A DNA stretch of 64,000 nucleotides from the NCBI GenBank assembly GCA_963662315.1, contig OY759353.1, positions 1,440,001 through 1,504,000 on the forward strand, in the 5' to 3' direction. A model generated the notes under the pieces. The model was not told the origin of the DNA, searched no databases, and saw only the letters and a list, made by a program, of their open reading frames with translations. This document shows, piece by piece, positions 39,910 through 49,801 of this stretch. The position numbers were made by a program, and so were the translations under genes. This DNA is from Geopsychrobacteraceae bacterium. Lineage in GTDB: Bacteria; Desulfobacterota; Desulfuromonadia; Desulfuromonadales; Geopsychrobacteraceae. How positions within the stretch are numbered: position 1 is the first letter of the stretch; every line of letters starts with the position of its first letter.

Positions 39910-40385
39910 ATGAATTGAAGTGGACTATAAAAGAGAATAAAGAGGTTGTCTATCAGGGGACACTGCAGGACATGAAGCTTTTTACCGGACAGGCCAGACT
40001 CGAAGAGAAGGGGATCCTTTACGGTGAAGGCGAATGCCGTAATGGTATTAAAATCGGAGCCTGGCGGCATTACCACACCAATGGCCAACTCTTGTCACGC
40101 GAAACCTATGATGATCAAGGGCGCAAACAGGGCCTTTCGGAGCTGTTCTATGACAATGGCAGCCCATGGAATACGACCTGTTATAAAGATGGCAAACCGG
40201 TCGGAAAGGTATTACGTTACTATGAAAGTGGTGAACTTAACAGCCGCAGTTATTTTGACCCTGCCGGAAACAAACTATCTCATCACGAATTCTACATGAA
40301 TGGCAACTTGCGCCTGGAACAAACCTTCAGGAATGGACGTCTGATCAAAGAGCAGAGGTACCAAGAAGATGGTACCCCCTGGTGA
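39906..40385 (+). CDS. MORN-variant repeat protein (YwqK-like family)
   Basis: Repeats G.W..YH.NGQL, FYDNGS, YYESGEL and FYMNGNL. ATGA overlap with the upstream gene. No signal peptide. Confidence 0.8.
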   Translation: MNELKWTIKENKEVVYQGTLQDMKLFTGQARLEEKGILYGEGECRNGIKIGAWRHYHTNGQLLSRETYDDQGRKQGLSELFYDNGSPWNTTCYKDGKPVGKVLRYYESGELNSRSYFDPAGNKLSHHEFYMNGNLRLEQTFRNGRLIKEQRYQEDGTPW

Positions 40386-40441
40386 AATGCAGTATTGGAT
40401 TTGAGGCTTACACAAAACAGGTTCAGAATTAACCCAGGCAA

Positions 40442-41215
40442 TCAAGACTCACCCATCAATCTTGAAATTTCCGCACTTACTGCCAATAGCCTGGCCAATT
40501 GTTCCTGACGACTGTCCTGGGTAAAACGAAAGGCAGGGCCCACAATAACCAGGGCAGCAGGAACCTTGTTTTCATAATCAAAGATCGGAGCAGCAATAGC
40601 AGCAATCCCCTCTTCGCTCTCCTGATCATCAACGCAGTAACCCTGCTGACGAACCAATTCCAGCTCATTCCTTATTTTTTCAGTGTCAATATGGGGATGA
40701 ATTTTTTGCGCCCTTGCCAGCACCTTATGAACAAAGTCAGGCTCAGTATAAGCCAACAGGACCCGCCCGGCAGCACTTGGGCTTAGCTCCATAACATCAC
40801 CTTCATTAATAGAAAACACTAGGCGTGAGGAGCCCATTTCACGAGCCATGCAGATACATTTTACCCCATCGACGGCAAACAAAGCTGTCGATTCCCCCGT
40901 ATCGAGGGTCAACTGTTTCATGAAGGGGGTTGCTATCGATTTAAGAGAGTTACTCTTTTCGTATACCTTGCCTAAAACCATAAGCTTTGGCCCGAGGCAA
41001 TAGTGAGTTCGGGACGTACGCACCAGATATCCGGACTTGATCAACGTTCCACACAATCTGTGAACACGACTCTTATACAGACCAGATCTGTCACATAACT
41101 GATTTAATGACAGCTCTGTCTCATGCGTGTTGAAGCAATCAAGTATCTCCAATGCTTTAAGAACAGCATCAACCAAGGGTACCGCAGCGGCTTTTGTTTC
41201 TGTCATCTTAGACAT
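40442..41215 (-). CDS. IclR-family transcriptional regulator
   Basis: N-terminal HTH (KALEIL...GLYKSRVHRL), SAAGRVLLA, and QQGY...E.EEGIAAIAAPI. Confidence 0.92.
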   Translation of the reverse strand: MSKMTETKAAAVPLVDAVLKALEILDCFNTHETELSLNQLCDRSGLYKSRVHRLCGTLIKSGYLVRTSRTHYCLGPKLMVLGKVYEKSNSLKSIATPFMKQLTLDTGESTALFAVDGVKCICMAREMGSSRLVFSINEGDVMELSPSAAGRVLLAYTEPDFVHKVLARAQKIHPHIDTEKIRNELELVRQQGYCVDDQESEEGIAAIAAPIFDYENKVPAALVIVGPAFRFTQDSRQEQLARLLAVSAEISRLMGES

Positions 41216-41617
41216 GATCCCCTATTCAGTTTTCATTCCGAGTATCCGGATGGCAACGACTTGTAAAAAGTTGAAGCGTTAGCGACCTCTACCATATTGA
41301 TAAAAATTTAAACAAGAGACAGATTAACACAGAGTAGCCACAATAGTACATTTTTATCCTACCTGACGGACAGAGCGCCTAAACCCTGACATTTCCCGGT
41401 ATAGGTAGCCATTCGTCACCGATTCTGGCTTCTCATGCAATTTTCAAACGTATTGACAAGCGCGACTTTCATATTTTCCCAGCATCCAACTTTTTTATCC
41501 GCAGAGGTTCAAATAGAAACACATTATCGGTCATAATACAGGCAAGGTCCCCTTGCATCATGGGCAGGATTATCCCGGAAAAATGACGGCGTTGATTGTA
41601 GAACCCAAGGAGAACAA

Positions 41618-42238
41618 ATGCCTGAGCCACATTTAAAAGAGTTAACGATAGAAGATCTTGAAAAACAGCCCGTTTCTCTCTTCACCAATTGGCTTAGAGA
41701 GGCAGAACAGGCGATCATTCCTCACGCCAATGCCATGACGCTGGCAACGGTAGATGCTCAGGGGCAGCCAGCAGCACGTATCGTTTTGCTGCGTGGCTTT
41801 GATGAGCGCGGTTTCTGCTTTTATACCAATTACGGAAGTGACAAGGGGCAACACCTGTCCACCAATCCCCATGCAGCACTGGTCTTTTTCTGGCCTCAGC
41901 TGAAGCGCCAGGTACGGGTTGAAGGACGCGTGGAGATTGTCCCGGAAAGTGAATCTGATAGCTATTTTGCCAGCCGGCCACGTGGTCATCAACTCTCGGC
42001 ACACGCATCAAGGCAGAGTCAGGTTATTGATAATCGTGCCATTCTTGAACACCTGCAGAAAACGGCTGAAGAACGCTTTGCCGGACAGGAAGTCCCCCGT
42101 CCTGAAGACTGGGGAGGTTATCGTGTTGTGCCGGTGCGGATCGAGTTTTGGCAGGAAGGAGAAGACCGATTACATGACCGGTGGCGCTACTATAAAGAAC
42201 CAGGGCAGGGTTGGGTTAGCGAACGGCTTTCGCCCTGA
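41618..42238 (+). CDS. pdxH: Pyridoxamine 5'-phosphate oxidase
   Basis: AMTLAT, ARIVLL, FYTNYGSDKG, RQVRVEG, YFASRP, WGGY and EFWQ...RLHDR. Confidence 0.95.
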   Translation: MPEPHLKELTIEDLEKQPVSLFTNWLREAEQAIIPHANAMTLATVDAQGQPAARIVLLRGFDERGFCFYTNYGSDKGQHLSTNPHAALVFFWPQLKRQVRVEGRVEIVPESESDSYFASRPRGHQLSAHASRQSQVIDNRAILEHLQKTAEERFAGQEVPRPEDWGGYRVVPVRIEFWQEGEDRLHDRWRYYKEPGQGWVSERLSP

Positions 42239-42336
42239 GCGATTAATTTGTCGATGTTCAGAAAAAGATGATCCGGCCAGGATCCAAGAGAGAGAAGATC
42301 ATCCTGATTCTGACTTTTAAGAAAGGATAACGCTAC

Positions 42337-42849
42337 TCATTCAGAAATAACATCTTCGATCTTCAATACAACCAGATCAGCAATCTTTTCCGTAGAGATA
42401 ATAAATCTCGTCAGTCTTGGTCCCGAAATCGTATCGAGATCCTGACAGGCGGCCACATTGAGATGCGCTTGACCCGTTTTATGGGTATCCTCAACCGTAT
42501 TTCGGATGACACAACTCAGGCAATGCAGTGAACCGCCACACCCTTCCGGTTCCTCGGCATGGACACAACCGAAGACTTCTCCCCCCAAGTAACCCGCAAT
42601 TTCCGGTATCGTTTTGCCCAGGACACGTTGTCCCGGTTCATTGACAGTTATCACCCGTGAGTTCTTATCTAACACCAGAACAGGTTGCCGCAATTCGTTC
42701 AGATAATCACTGAGCGATAGTCCAAGCTGCTTCATCTCCTTGGCAATACACGAGCGGCATAGACCATGGCTTACATGTTCCTGTACCTCATCCAGCTGTT
42801 CAGGTGGGCGCAATTCAACCTGACACTCAGCACAGATATAACGAATCAT
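42337..42849 (-). CDS. Zn-finger + Cys-rich PAS-like protein (paralogue 1)
   Basis: CAEC...SHGLCRSC at the N-terminus, then PAS-like PVLVLD...VN and GEVFGC-x8-C-x5-C-x2-C. Start moved to MIRYIC, just after the kinase stop. Confidence 0.8.
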   Translation of the reverse strand: MIRYICAECQVELRPPEQLDEVQEHVSHGLCRSCIAKEMKQLGLSLSDYLNELRQPVLVLDKNSRVITVNEPGQRVLGKTIPEIAGYLGGEVFGCVHAEEPEGCGGSLHCLSCVIRNTVEDTHKTGQAHLNVAACQDLDTISGPRLTRFIISTEKIADLVVLKIEDVISE

Positions 42850-42859
42850 AGGCCTGACA

Positions 42860-45800
42860 TCACTTTCTTTTGTGGGGTTCAGAGTCAAGCGCCCTGCGTA
42901 CGACATCGGCAATATCTGCCACTTCAAAGGGTTTCCGGCATAGCTCAAAAACACCATACTTCCGCATTGTTTCGGCCGTCACGTCAAGGCTATAACCCGT
43001 CACCAGGACGATGGGAATCACCGGACGGATAGCTTGGATCTCCTTAGCCAGTTCCAGACCGGTCAAGGACGGCATCACCTGGTCTGTTACGACCAAATCG
43101 TAAAGATTCGGATTCTTTCTAAAGATGTCCAGAGCCGCCATGCTGTCGTTCTCATAATCAACGTCATAACCCAAGCTTTTAAGGATATCTGCATTCAATT
43201 CATTAATCATCGGTTCATCATCGACCAGCAGAATCCGTTCGTTTCCAGCAGAGATCACCTTATCCTTTGTTTTGGTATTTTCTACCGAAGAACCACTTAG
43301 CGGCAGATACACCTTGAATGTGGTTCCATTACCCGGTTCAGAAATCACGCTAATGGCCCCACCATAGTATTCAACACTCTCTTTGGCCGTTGAAAGCCCC
43401 AGCCCAGTCCCCTGGCCAACATCCTTGGTGGTATAAAATGGATCAAAAATCTTATTCAAGGTATCCGCGGCAATACCACACCCCGTATCCGCCACAGAAA
43501 AACAGGCGTACCCCCCTGAGTTGGCAGGGCATTCGACAGGCAGCCGTTCATCTGTTGAAGCGATCTTTTCCAGAGACACGGTCAGTGTCCCCCTTTCCCC
43601 CATGGCATGCACAGCATTGGTACTTAAGTTGAGAAGGACATCCTGAATTCGTGACGCGTTGGCTTTCATGGTAAAGTCTGACACGTCTTCTGGAACGGCA
43701 AAGTCTTTCTGGATTGCCGATGGCAGTATTGCCGTTAAGAGTTTACCGGTTTCAAGCAACAGGTTCACCAGATTAATGGATGCGTCATCCTGCTCGTCCT
43801 GACGACTGAAACGCATAATCTGGTGGACCATGTCACTGGCCCGGGTCGCTGCGATATGTGCGTTTTTCAGCAGCGAGATACGGTCATCAACAGACACATT
43901 GGCCCGCTTGGCAAGGTCAATATTGCCCAAAATTATGGCCAGATGATTATTGAAATTATGTGAAATACCGCTGGCCAGCATGCCGACCGCGTTGATCTTC
44001 TCTCTCTGACGTAGCTGCTGCAGCAGTTTACGCTGCTGCCGTTCCTCTTCTTTTCGCTCGGAAATATCCGACACATGTCCGTACCAGATAATCCTGCCAT
44101 CAGACTGTTTTTTGGGGATGCTGTTTCCTTCCAGCCAACAGACGCTTCCGTTGTTTTTGATCACCCGAAACTCATGACGCCAGAGACTAAGCTGCTTTTC
44201 CGATAATTGAATTGATCGCAAAGTTGCAGGAATATCCTCGGGATGCACCTTCCGAAATATCGGTTCGGCGCTCATCTTGACATCCTCAGGGGCAAGTTCA
44301 AATAATGAATATATTGCATCGCTGGTAAAGGTCATTGAATAGTGCCCTGAAATTGAGCGTTCAAATTGATACACCATACCGGGAATCTGGCTGGAAAGAT
44401 GCCGCAGTTTTGCCAACAGGTCCTGAGATTCTTTATGAAAATTGACCCGATCACTGATATCCCTAGCAACCGCCAGGATATATTCCTGACCATCAAGATC
44501 CAGGATTGAGATACTGACTTCAACCGGGAAAATTTCACCGGCCTTGCTTCTATGCGACATGACCACATTGGCCTTATGCTGTGGGGTGGCACTGTCAATG
44601 AGATCTGTCACCAACTGCTGAACGGTTTCCTCCCCTGCGGTCAAGTCTTCGAGAGTCAAAGTCAGCAGCTCTTCCCGACTGTAGCCATAACGTTTTGCGG
44701 CGATGTCATTAACCATTTCAAATGGGTATATTCTTCCTGCCGAGACCAGAAACAGAAAAACAGCATCATACTGGCCGTTCAATACGGCTCTGAACATCTT
44801 TTCATTTTTAACAATCTGGCGCTCTACAGCCTTTTGTTCAGACAGATCACGAAAGATTCCGAGCATCATTTTTTGATTGTTGATCCAGACCGGCTTGGCC
44901 TTGATTTCGACCGGAACAGTTGTCCCTGACTTGGTTAACAGCACCGTTTCCAGCAGGCTCCTGGGGGAATCATCCCGATGAATTAAAAATTCATCGGTAA
45001 AAGACTTGCCCCTGAAATCCTCGATGTGCAGAAAGGATTGTGGTTTATTACGAACTTCTTCCTGGGAACGCTCCACCAAGGTCAGCAGTTTCCGATTACA
45101 TTCGAGTAACACCCCCGTCTCATAATCGGCGAGCGCCAAGCCTACGGTTGAGCCATCGAAGACCACGCGGTATTTTTCTTCCGATCGTTCAATTTCTTGT
45201 CTGACCAGAGCCTCTCGACGCAGGTATTTATGCACAATATAATAACAGAGAATCAGCAATATAGAGCCAAGGCACCAAAGCAGAATTTTATTGGCTCTCT
45301 CCTGCCCCAAAGTATCACTCTGAGCTTTAAAGTAGGCTGCTAACGGAACAGATACGCTGATTCCACCTCGGATATCCCCCAATCGGTAGCTTTGGGCCCC
45401 ATGGCATCTCAAACACATGCTTTCAGTGACCATTGGCAGCATCAGGCGCAGATAGGGCTCGCCATCCATCGTGGTCTGGATATAAGTTTCTTTTACCCCC
45501 GTCTGGAAAGCTTCAAGAGATTGCCTTTCCCAGGGATCCGGTGCATTTTCGGGACGTAACGGTTTGAGACTGGTAATATGTCCCCTGACTCCATATTGCG
45601 ACTGCGCCAGCTCGTGAACCTGACGGGTCATATAGGCGGGATTGATCAATGTCAGGTCCTGACCATTGGTCGTTTTCAGATCCCGTTCGGGAAGATGAGA
45701 AAGATAAGGGTTGGGTGGAGTCGTTTGTGATGGTTGAACATAAATGCCACCCTGCAAAGCAACCCAGCGCCGATAAACAAGGTCCTTGCGGTAGTTCCCT

Positions 45801-45937
45801 CGAGCTTCGGCAAGAGCCAGCTTAACCACCAGATCACGCTTGGATGCATGTTCCTGCTCATAAACATACGTAATCAAACCGGTCCAGATGAGGAATAAGC
45901 CGGCAAGCAGCAGTGCTATTTTGTCGCTTTTAAGCAA
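42860..45937 (-). CDS. Hybrid sensor histidine kinase: periplasmic heme-c (DUF3365/Tll0287-like) domain, three PAS domains, HisKA-HATPase, REC
   Basis: TM-periplasmic region with CLRCH-TM, three PAS/PAC units, H-box GISHNFNN, NAVHA, DTGCG, GTGLGL, and REC LLVDDE...TDQVMP. TTG start after AGGAG. Confidence 0.92.
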   Translation of the reverse strand: MLKSDKIALLLAGLFLIWTGLITYVYEQEHASKRDLVVKLALAEARGNYRKDLVYRRWVALQGGIYVQPSQTTPPNPYLSHLPERDLKTTNGQDLTLINPAYMTRQVHELAQSQYGVRGHITSLKPLRPENAPDPWERQSLEAFQTGVKETYIQTTMDGEPYLRLMLPMVTESMCLRCHGAQSYRLGDIRGGISVSVPLAAYFKAQSDTLGQERANKILLWCLGSILLILCYYIVHKYLRREALVRQEIERSEEKYRVVFDGSTVGLALADYETGVLLECNRKLLTLVERSQEEVRNKPQSFLHIEDFRGKSFTDEFLIHRDDSPRSLLETVLLTKSGTTVPVEIKAKPVWINNQKMMLGIFRDLSEQKAVERQIVKNEKMFRAVLNGQYDAVFLFLVSAGRIYPFEMVNDIAAKRYGYSREELLTLTLEDLTAGEETVQQLVTDLIDSATPQHKANVVMSHRSKAGEIFPVEVSISILDLDGQEYILAVARDISDRVNFHKESQDLLAKLRHLSSQIPGMVYQFERSISGHYSMTFTSDAIYSLFELAPEDVKMSAEPIFRKVHPEDIPATLRSIQLSEKQLSLWRHEFRVIKNNGSVCWLEGNSIPKKQSDGRIIWYGHVSDISERKEEERQQRKLLQQLRQREKINAVGMLASGISHNFNNHLAIILGNIDLAKRANVSVDDRISLLKNAHIAATRASDMVHQIMRFSRQDEQDDASINLVNLLLETGKLLTAILPSAIQKDFAVPEDVSDFTMKANASRIQDVLLNLSTNAVHAMGERGTLTVSLEKIASTDERLPVECPANSGGYACFSVADTGCGIAADTLNKIFDPFYTTKDVGQGTGLGLSTAKESVEYYGGAISVISEPGNGTTFKVYLPLSGSSVENTKTKDKVISAGNERILLVDDEPMINELNADILKSLGYDVDYENDSMAALDIFRKNPNLYDLVVTDQVMPSLTGLELAKEIQAIRPVIPIVLVTGYSLDVTAETMRKYGVFELCRKPFEVADIADVVRRALDSEPHKRK

Positions 45938-46377
45938 GGGGCTTTCTCCTGCTGAATAACTCGAAGCTGATTAAACAGGATGGTTTCCCACCCTTTTCAT
46001 GCCAGAACCCCCAACTCTGGAGCAATGTTTCACTTGCCAAAGCTGCCACAAAAACAAAGAACACTCATTAAGCTATACTAAATTTTATAGTACTACTGAT
46101 CCATTCAGAAAACAATATTATTTCTCCCGTCTCCTGTTTTTGCTTAAGGCAACTTTTATCGTCGTAAAAAGCTGATCCCATCCCCGGCGGTTCACCACAT
46201 AGGTCTTTGCCCCTTCGTTCACTGTGCGGTTGATGAAAAAAACTGTTGCTTTAATCAGTAGGTAAAATAGCAAAGGCAGGTAGTGGTGGGATGACTTTTT
46301 GCGGTCGGCATTCCTGCCGGTGAAAAGAGTATTTCAAAAACAGGAACCCGACTGGAAGAATACGTCCCCGCCCCTGG

Positions 46378-46908
46378 CTATTCAATCATTGACCCTGTCG
46401 GACCCTTTGTCAGAGTTCTTTCGATATGAAGAAAAATCGACCCGCCGATTTTTCTGGTTGAGATAAAAAAATCAGTCACCCGCATCCCCGCCAGGGACCT
46501 TAAGTCATGGCAGGCAGGGACCCGATGAAAGGGCTGACCGGTTTTATATGTTTTTTTGACCAGGGTGTTGATACTACAGTTCAGGCATTGAATCTCAGCC
46601 GGACACTCAGCTGCATTTCTCCCATTTAGACAGCCGAAAAGCCTGATATCCTGGAAATATGAGATATTGAGAAAGTCTTTCTTAACACGCGTTCTGGCCG
46701 CATGGTTGACTCCGCAGATAGCATCCTGTTCACCAACGACAAAAACCGGTTCGCTGAAGGTATTAAGAAAATACTCAAGAGTTTGCCCGTAGGGGGACAG
46801 TTCTTTGCTAAAACAGTCATAACAGATCCCATGACTGACCAGTTGCTCTTCACATTCGCTAGCCGCCTTGATTTCTTTCTGACAGTAAGAACAAATATAA
46901 GACATCAT
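46378..46908 (-). CDS. Zn-finger + Cys-rich PAS-like protein (paralogue 2)
   Basis: CSYC...SHGICYDC, PVFVV...VN and FGC-x8-C-x5-C-x2-C; colinear with 42337-42849. Start could be 46920, 46908 or 46905. Confidence 0.8.
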   Translation of the reverse strand: MMSYICSYCQKEIKAASECEEQLVSHGICYDCFSKELSPYGQTLEYFLNTFSEPVFVVGEQDAICGVNHAARTRVKKDFLNISYFQDIRLFGCLNGRNAAECPAEIQCLNCSINTLVKKTYKTGQPFHRVPACHDLRSLAGMRVTDFFISTRKIGGSIFLHIERTLTKGPTGSMIE

Positions 46909-46977
46909 AAGACCACCCATTTTAAAGTGAAGCGCCAGAAGCTATTCAGAGAGAGTATCCTCTGGCGCTATCCACAT

Positions 46978-49329
46978 TTAAAACTTCCCGAACTCCCCGT
47001 CATCAAGGGCGATCTGCTTCTTCATGGCGATCTGCGGTTTAGGGTTGATGCTTTCCCATCCACCGGAACGTTTTGCTTCTGCTTGAGGACGGTTGTAATT
47101 CGCGCGGGAGATCTGGTCCCCTTTATGCAGCACGAAACGTTTCAGCATTTCCTGCATCTGCAACGCCTGCCCCGATAATTCTTCTGCGGCAGCGGCACTT
47201 TCTTCGGCGCTGGCAGTATTCTGCTGTGTCACCTGATCGATCTGTCCCAGTCCCATAGTTACCTGGCTGATTCCCTGCGCCTGCTCATTGGAGGCCGCAG
47301 CAATTTCTTCCAGCAGATCAGCAACCTTGTTGGTCCCGTTCATGATCTCTTTCAGGGCGCCGGCCGTTTGTTGAGCCATCTGGTTCCCCTTGTCCGTCAA
47401 GGCAACAGAACCTTCGATCAACTCTGCTGTTTCTTCAGCAGCCTTGGCACTTCTGGCCGCCAGATTACGTACTTCTTCAGCGACAACGGCAAAACCTTTA
47501 CCATGCTGCCCGGCACGGGCAGCTTCGACGGCAGCATTCAAGGCCAAGAGATTGGTCTGGAAGGCGATCTCGTCGATAACTTTGATAATCTTGCTGATAT
47601 TCTGCCCGGCCTGGTTAATCTCATTCATGGCTCGTACCATTTCAGACATCTGGGAATCGCCTTTTTCTGCAACCCGTTTCGATTCATTGGATAGCTGGTT
47701 CGCAGCAGAGGCATTTTCAGCGTTGGTCCGTACCTGGTTAGCCATCTCATTCATCGACGCCGTCACCTCTTCCAGCGAACTGGCCGATTCCGTTGCCCCT
47801 TGAGATAAGGCCTGGCTGGCATCGGAGACCTGCCCCGAGCCGGTCGCGATCTGCTCACCGGCAATCTGGATGTTACCAACCATCTCGCGTAGCCCTTCGA
47901 GCATGGTTTTCAGCGCATTGCCCAGCTGATCATTGGCCGAAGCCACCTTAACGTCATGAGTCAAATCACCTTGGGCAATAGCTTCGGCCAGCTCACTACG
48001 CCCCTGCAGACTCTTGGCCATACCAACCAAGACCGAACCAAGCTCGGTGATTTCATCTTTAGCCTGATATACTTTGCACTGCCGACAGTCACTGTAGGTT
48101 CCATTGGTCAGCTTGTAACAGACCGGATTCGGCCCGAAGGTTCCGGTTTCAACCCAGCAATGCCCTTCCATGCCATAGCTCGGGCATTCTTTCTTTCCAC
48201 AATTGTTCAAGGATGAGCAATTCACTTTATCCCCCATGGGCAGATTCTGATCCGAGGTATCGCCTCTCCCGTATTGTCCGACCACCGCAAAAGCCCGGTG
48301 CAGGGGTCTGGTGATACTACGCGTCACCAGCCATGCAGCAAGCAAGCCCAGCAGTGTCGCAAAGGTCAAGCCACCAATCATGGTGTGGCTGGCATTACTC
48401 AAGGCCGTGACTGCATTACTGGCGATACGCATTGTACCACCCATACCGGCCACAGCTACCTCGCGAGCTTCATTGACAACCACATCACCGATATCATTGC
48501 GCTGCTTCCCGAGCTCATTATTATTGAGCCAATTGGCCAGGTAACTGTTCATGGCCTCTTTATAAGCAGTAGCGGCCTGCATCGTGTTATCGATCCGTTT
48601 CAGATCGTCGTCCTGAGAGGTAATTTTTCGCAGTTCGGCAAAGTTCTGTTCGATAACATCGAAGTTTTTATTGGCGTCTTTAATAATCTGTGGATCACGA
48701 CGAGCCTGGGACTTAAAAACCGAAATCCTGGTCTCATTTCCAAGATCGATGATCTGGCTGACCAGCGATATTTTCTGTAAGCGTTCCGCCAACAGCTGAG
48801 GCAGCGCGAATTCGCTGATTTCCCTCGCCATCTTAGCATTCTGACCCGCCAAATATTCGTTACAGTTACTCATATACTGAGTAGCTAAGGCATCAAGCGT
48901 TTTCTGATTTTCAGCCATCTTGCCATTTACAATAGCGGTTTCCTCAACCAGTTGCTTATATTGGCTGAGTTCAGTCTGAACCTTTTCAATCGCCGGGCGT
49001 AATGCTTTTAGGTTCTTGGCCTCATCACCCAATTTTTTTGCCGTGGCAAGGCGCTCCTGCAACGCAGCCATGTTTTTTCTGGCATCCGCCAGGAACGTTT
49101 CTTCACCAGTAAAGCCATAACCACGCATGGCATACATGGTTCGAAAGGAACTGCGCTCAATTTTGTTAGCAATATCAACTTCTGGAACATACTCCCGTTC
49201 AAGCATAACCGATTGCGCTTCGACCTTGTCCATGTTGACAATCGCCAGAATCCCCAGAAAAATTGCCAGAACAAGCAAGATCCCGAAGCCTCCCCCAATT
49301 TTAACCCCCAACTTTAGTTGCTTAAACAT
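46978..49329 (-). CDS. Methyl-accepting chemotaxis protein (large helical periplasmic sensor, Cys-rich HAMP insert, C-terminal pentapeptide)
   Basis: Two TM helices, HAMP domains, [34 protein letters not shown], and a C-terminal EFGKF. Start MFKQL follows AAGGAG. Confidence 0.95.
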   Translation of the reverse strand: MFKQLKLGVKIGGGFGILLVLAIFLGILAIVNMDKVEAQSVMLEREYVPEVDIANKIERSSFRTMYAMRGYGFTGEETFLADARKNMAALQERLATAKKLGDEAKNLKALRPAIEKVQTELSQYKQLVEETAIVNGKMAENQKTLDALATQYMSNCNEYLAGQNAKMAREISEFALPQLLAERLQKISLVSQIIDLGNETRISVFKSQARRDPQIIKDANKNFDVIEQNFAELRKITSQDDDLKRIDNTMQAATAYKEAMNSYLANWLNNNELGKQRNDIGDVVVNEAREVAVAGMGGTMRIASNAVTALSNASHTMIGGLTFATLLGLLAAWLVTRSITRPLHRAFAVVGQYGRGDTSDQNLPMGDKVNCSSLNNCGKKECPSYGMEGHCWVETGTFGPNPVCYKLTNGTYSDCRQCKVYQAKDEITELGSVLVGMAKSLQGRSELAEAIAQGDLTHDVKVASANDQLGNALKTMLEGLREMVGNIQIAGEQIATGSGQVSDASQALSQGATESASSLEEVTASMNEMANQVRTNAENASAANQLSNESKRVAEKGDSQMSEMVRAMNEINQAGQNISKIIKVIDEIAFQTNLLALNAAVEAARAGQHGKGFAVVAEEVRNLAARSAKAAEETAELIEGSVALTDKGNQMAQQTAGALKEIMNGTNKVADLLEEIAAASNEQAQGISQVTMGLGQIDQVTQQNTASAEESAAAAEELSGQALQMQEMLKRFVLHKGDQISRANYNRPQAEAKRSGGWESINPKPQIAMKKQIALDDGEFGKF

Positions 49330-49613
49330 TTCTCGCTCCTTTTCGCCAATGTGTTGTGATGAAAGATCCAATCTCTCAAGCAACGTGCACTTTCAATGAC
49401 CTCAGGCCTATATTTGTCTCCAGCAATCTATTCATTATTGAGGAAATCGTTACATTCTGATCGATCTTCCTCTGCCAGCCCCTCCTTCAGCCAATTCAAA
49501 ACACACAAACTTACCGGCCATATAGCCCCACATGATCCCATATACTTCATGAGATAACGCTGTCACTGACATTTCGCTCAATCATAAGTATAATTAAAAT
49601 TCACAAATTAGCC

Positions 49614-49629
49614 AGCACACACCATGCCA
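49614..49629 (-). promoter_or_regulatory. Putative sigma54 promoter of the first MCP operon
   Basis: Minus strand TGGCATGGTGTGTGCT with exact GG-N10-GC spacing, directly downstream of an NtrC-type gene. Confidence 0.65.
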
Positions 49630-49764
49630 ATTCAGAAAAATTTCATAACTATCGGTTTTTTTAGCTATTTATTTTCTTCCTACAATTTATAGAGGGGCAA
49701 CAAAGGTTAATAAGATTTTGTAAATAGTGACGTAAATAGAATATTTTCAGAGGATTTCAAAGAT

Positions 49765-49795
49765 ACAATTAATGTTGTTAAACAAAAAAAGTTTC
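49765..49795. promoter_or_regulatory. Putative enhancer (UAS) boxes
   Basis: ACAATTAATGTTGT (49765-49778) and degenerate ACAAAAAAAGTTTC (49782-49795), about 135-165 bp upstream of the sigma54 site. Confidence 0.45.
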
Positions 49796-49801
49796 ATTGC
49801 T

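Noticed and set aside
41236..41251. TTCCG-N6-CGGAT as an IclR auto-operator
   Set aside because: Short, imperfect and single-copy, so it cannot be supported.
41375..41422. GCCTAAACC...GGTAGCC resembling P3 of a c-di-GMP-I riboswitch
   Set aside because: The upstream GGCAAAC/GNRA P2 hairpin and P1 are missing.
45988..46040. Sigma54-like sites upstream of the hybrid kinase
   Set aside because: One lacks the -12 GC and the other has GG-to-GC spacing 3 nt too long.
49425..49575. Two 40-codon ORFs in the long MCP leader
   Set aside because: Neither has a convincing RBS or motif, so they cannot be distinguished from chance.
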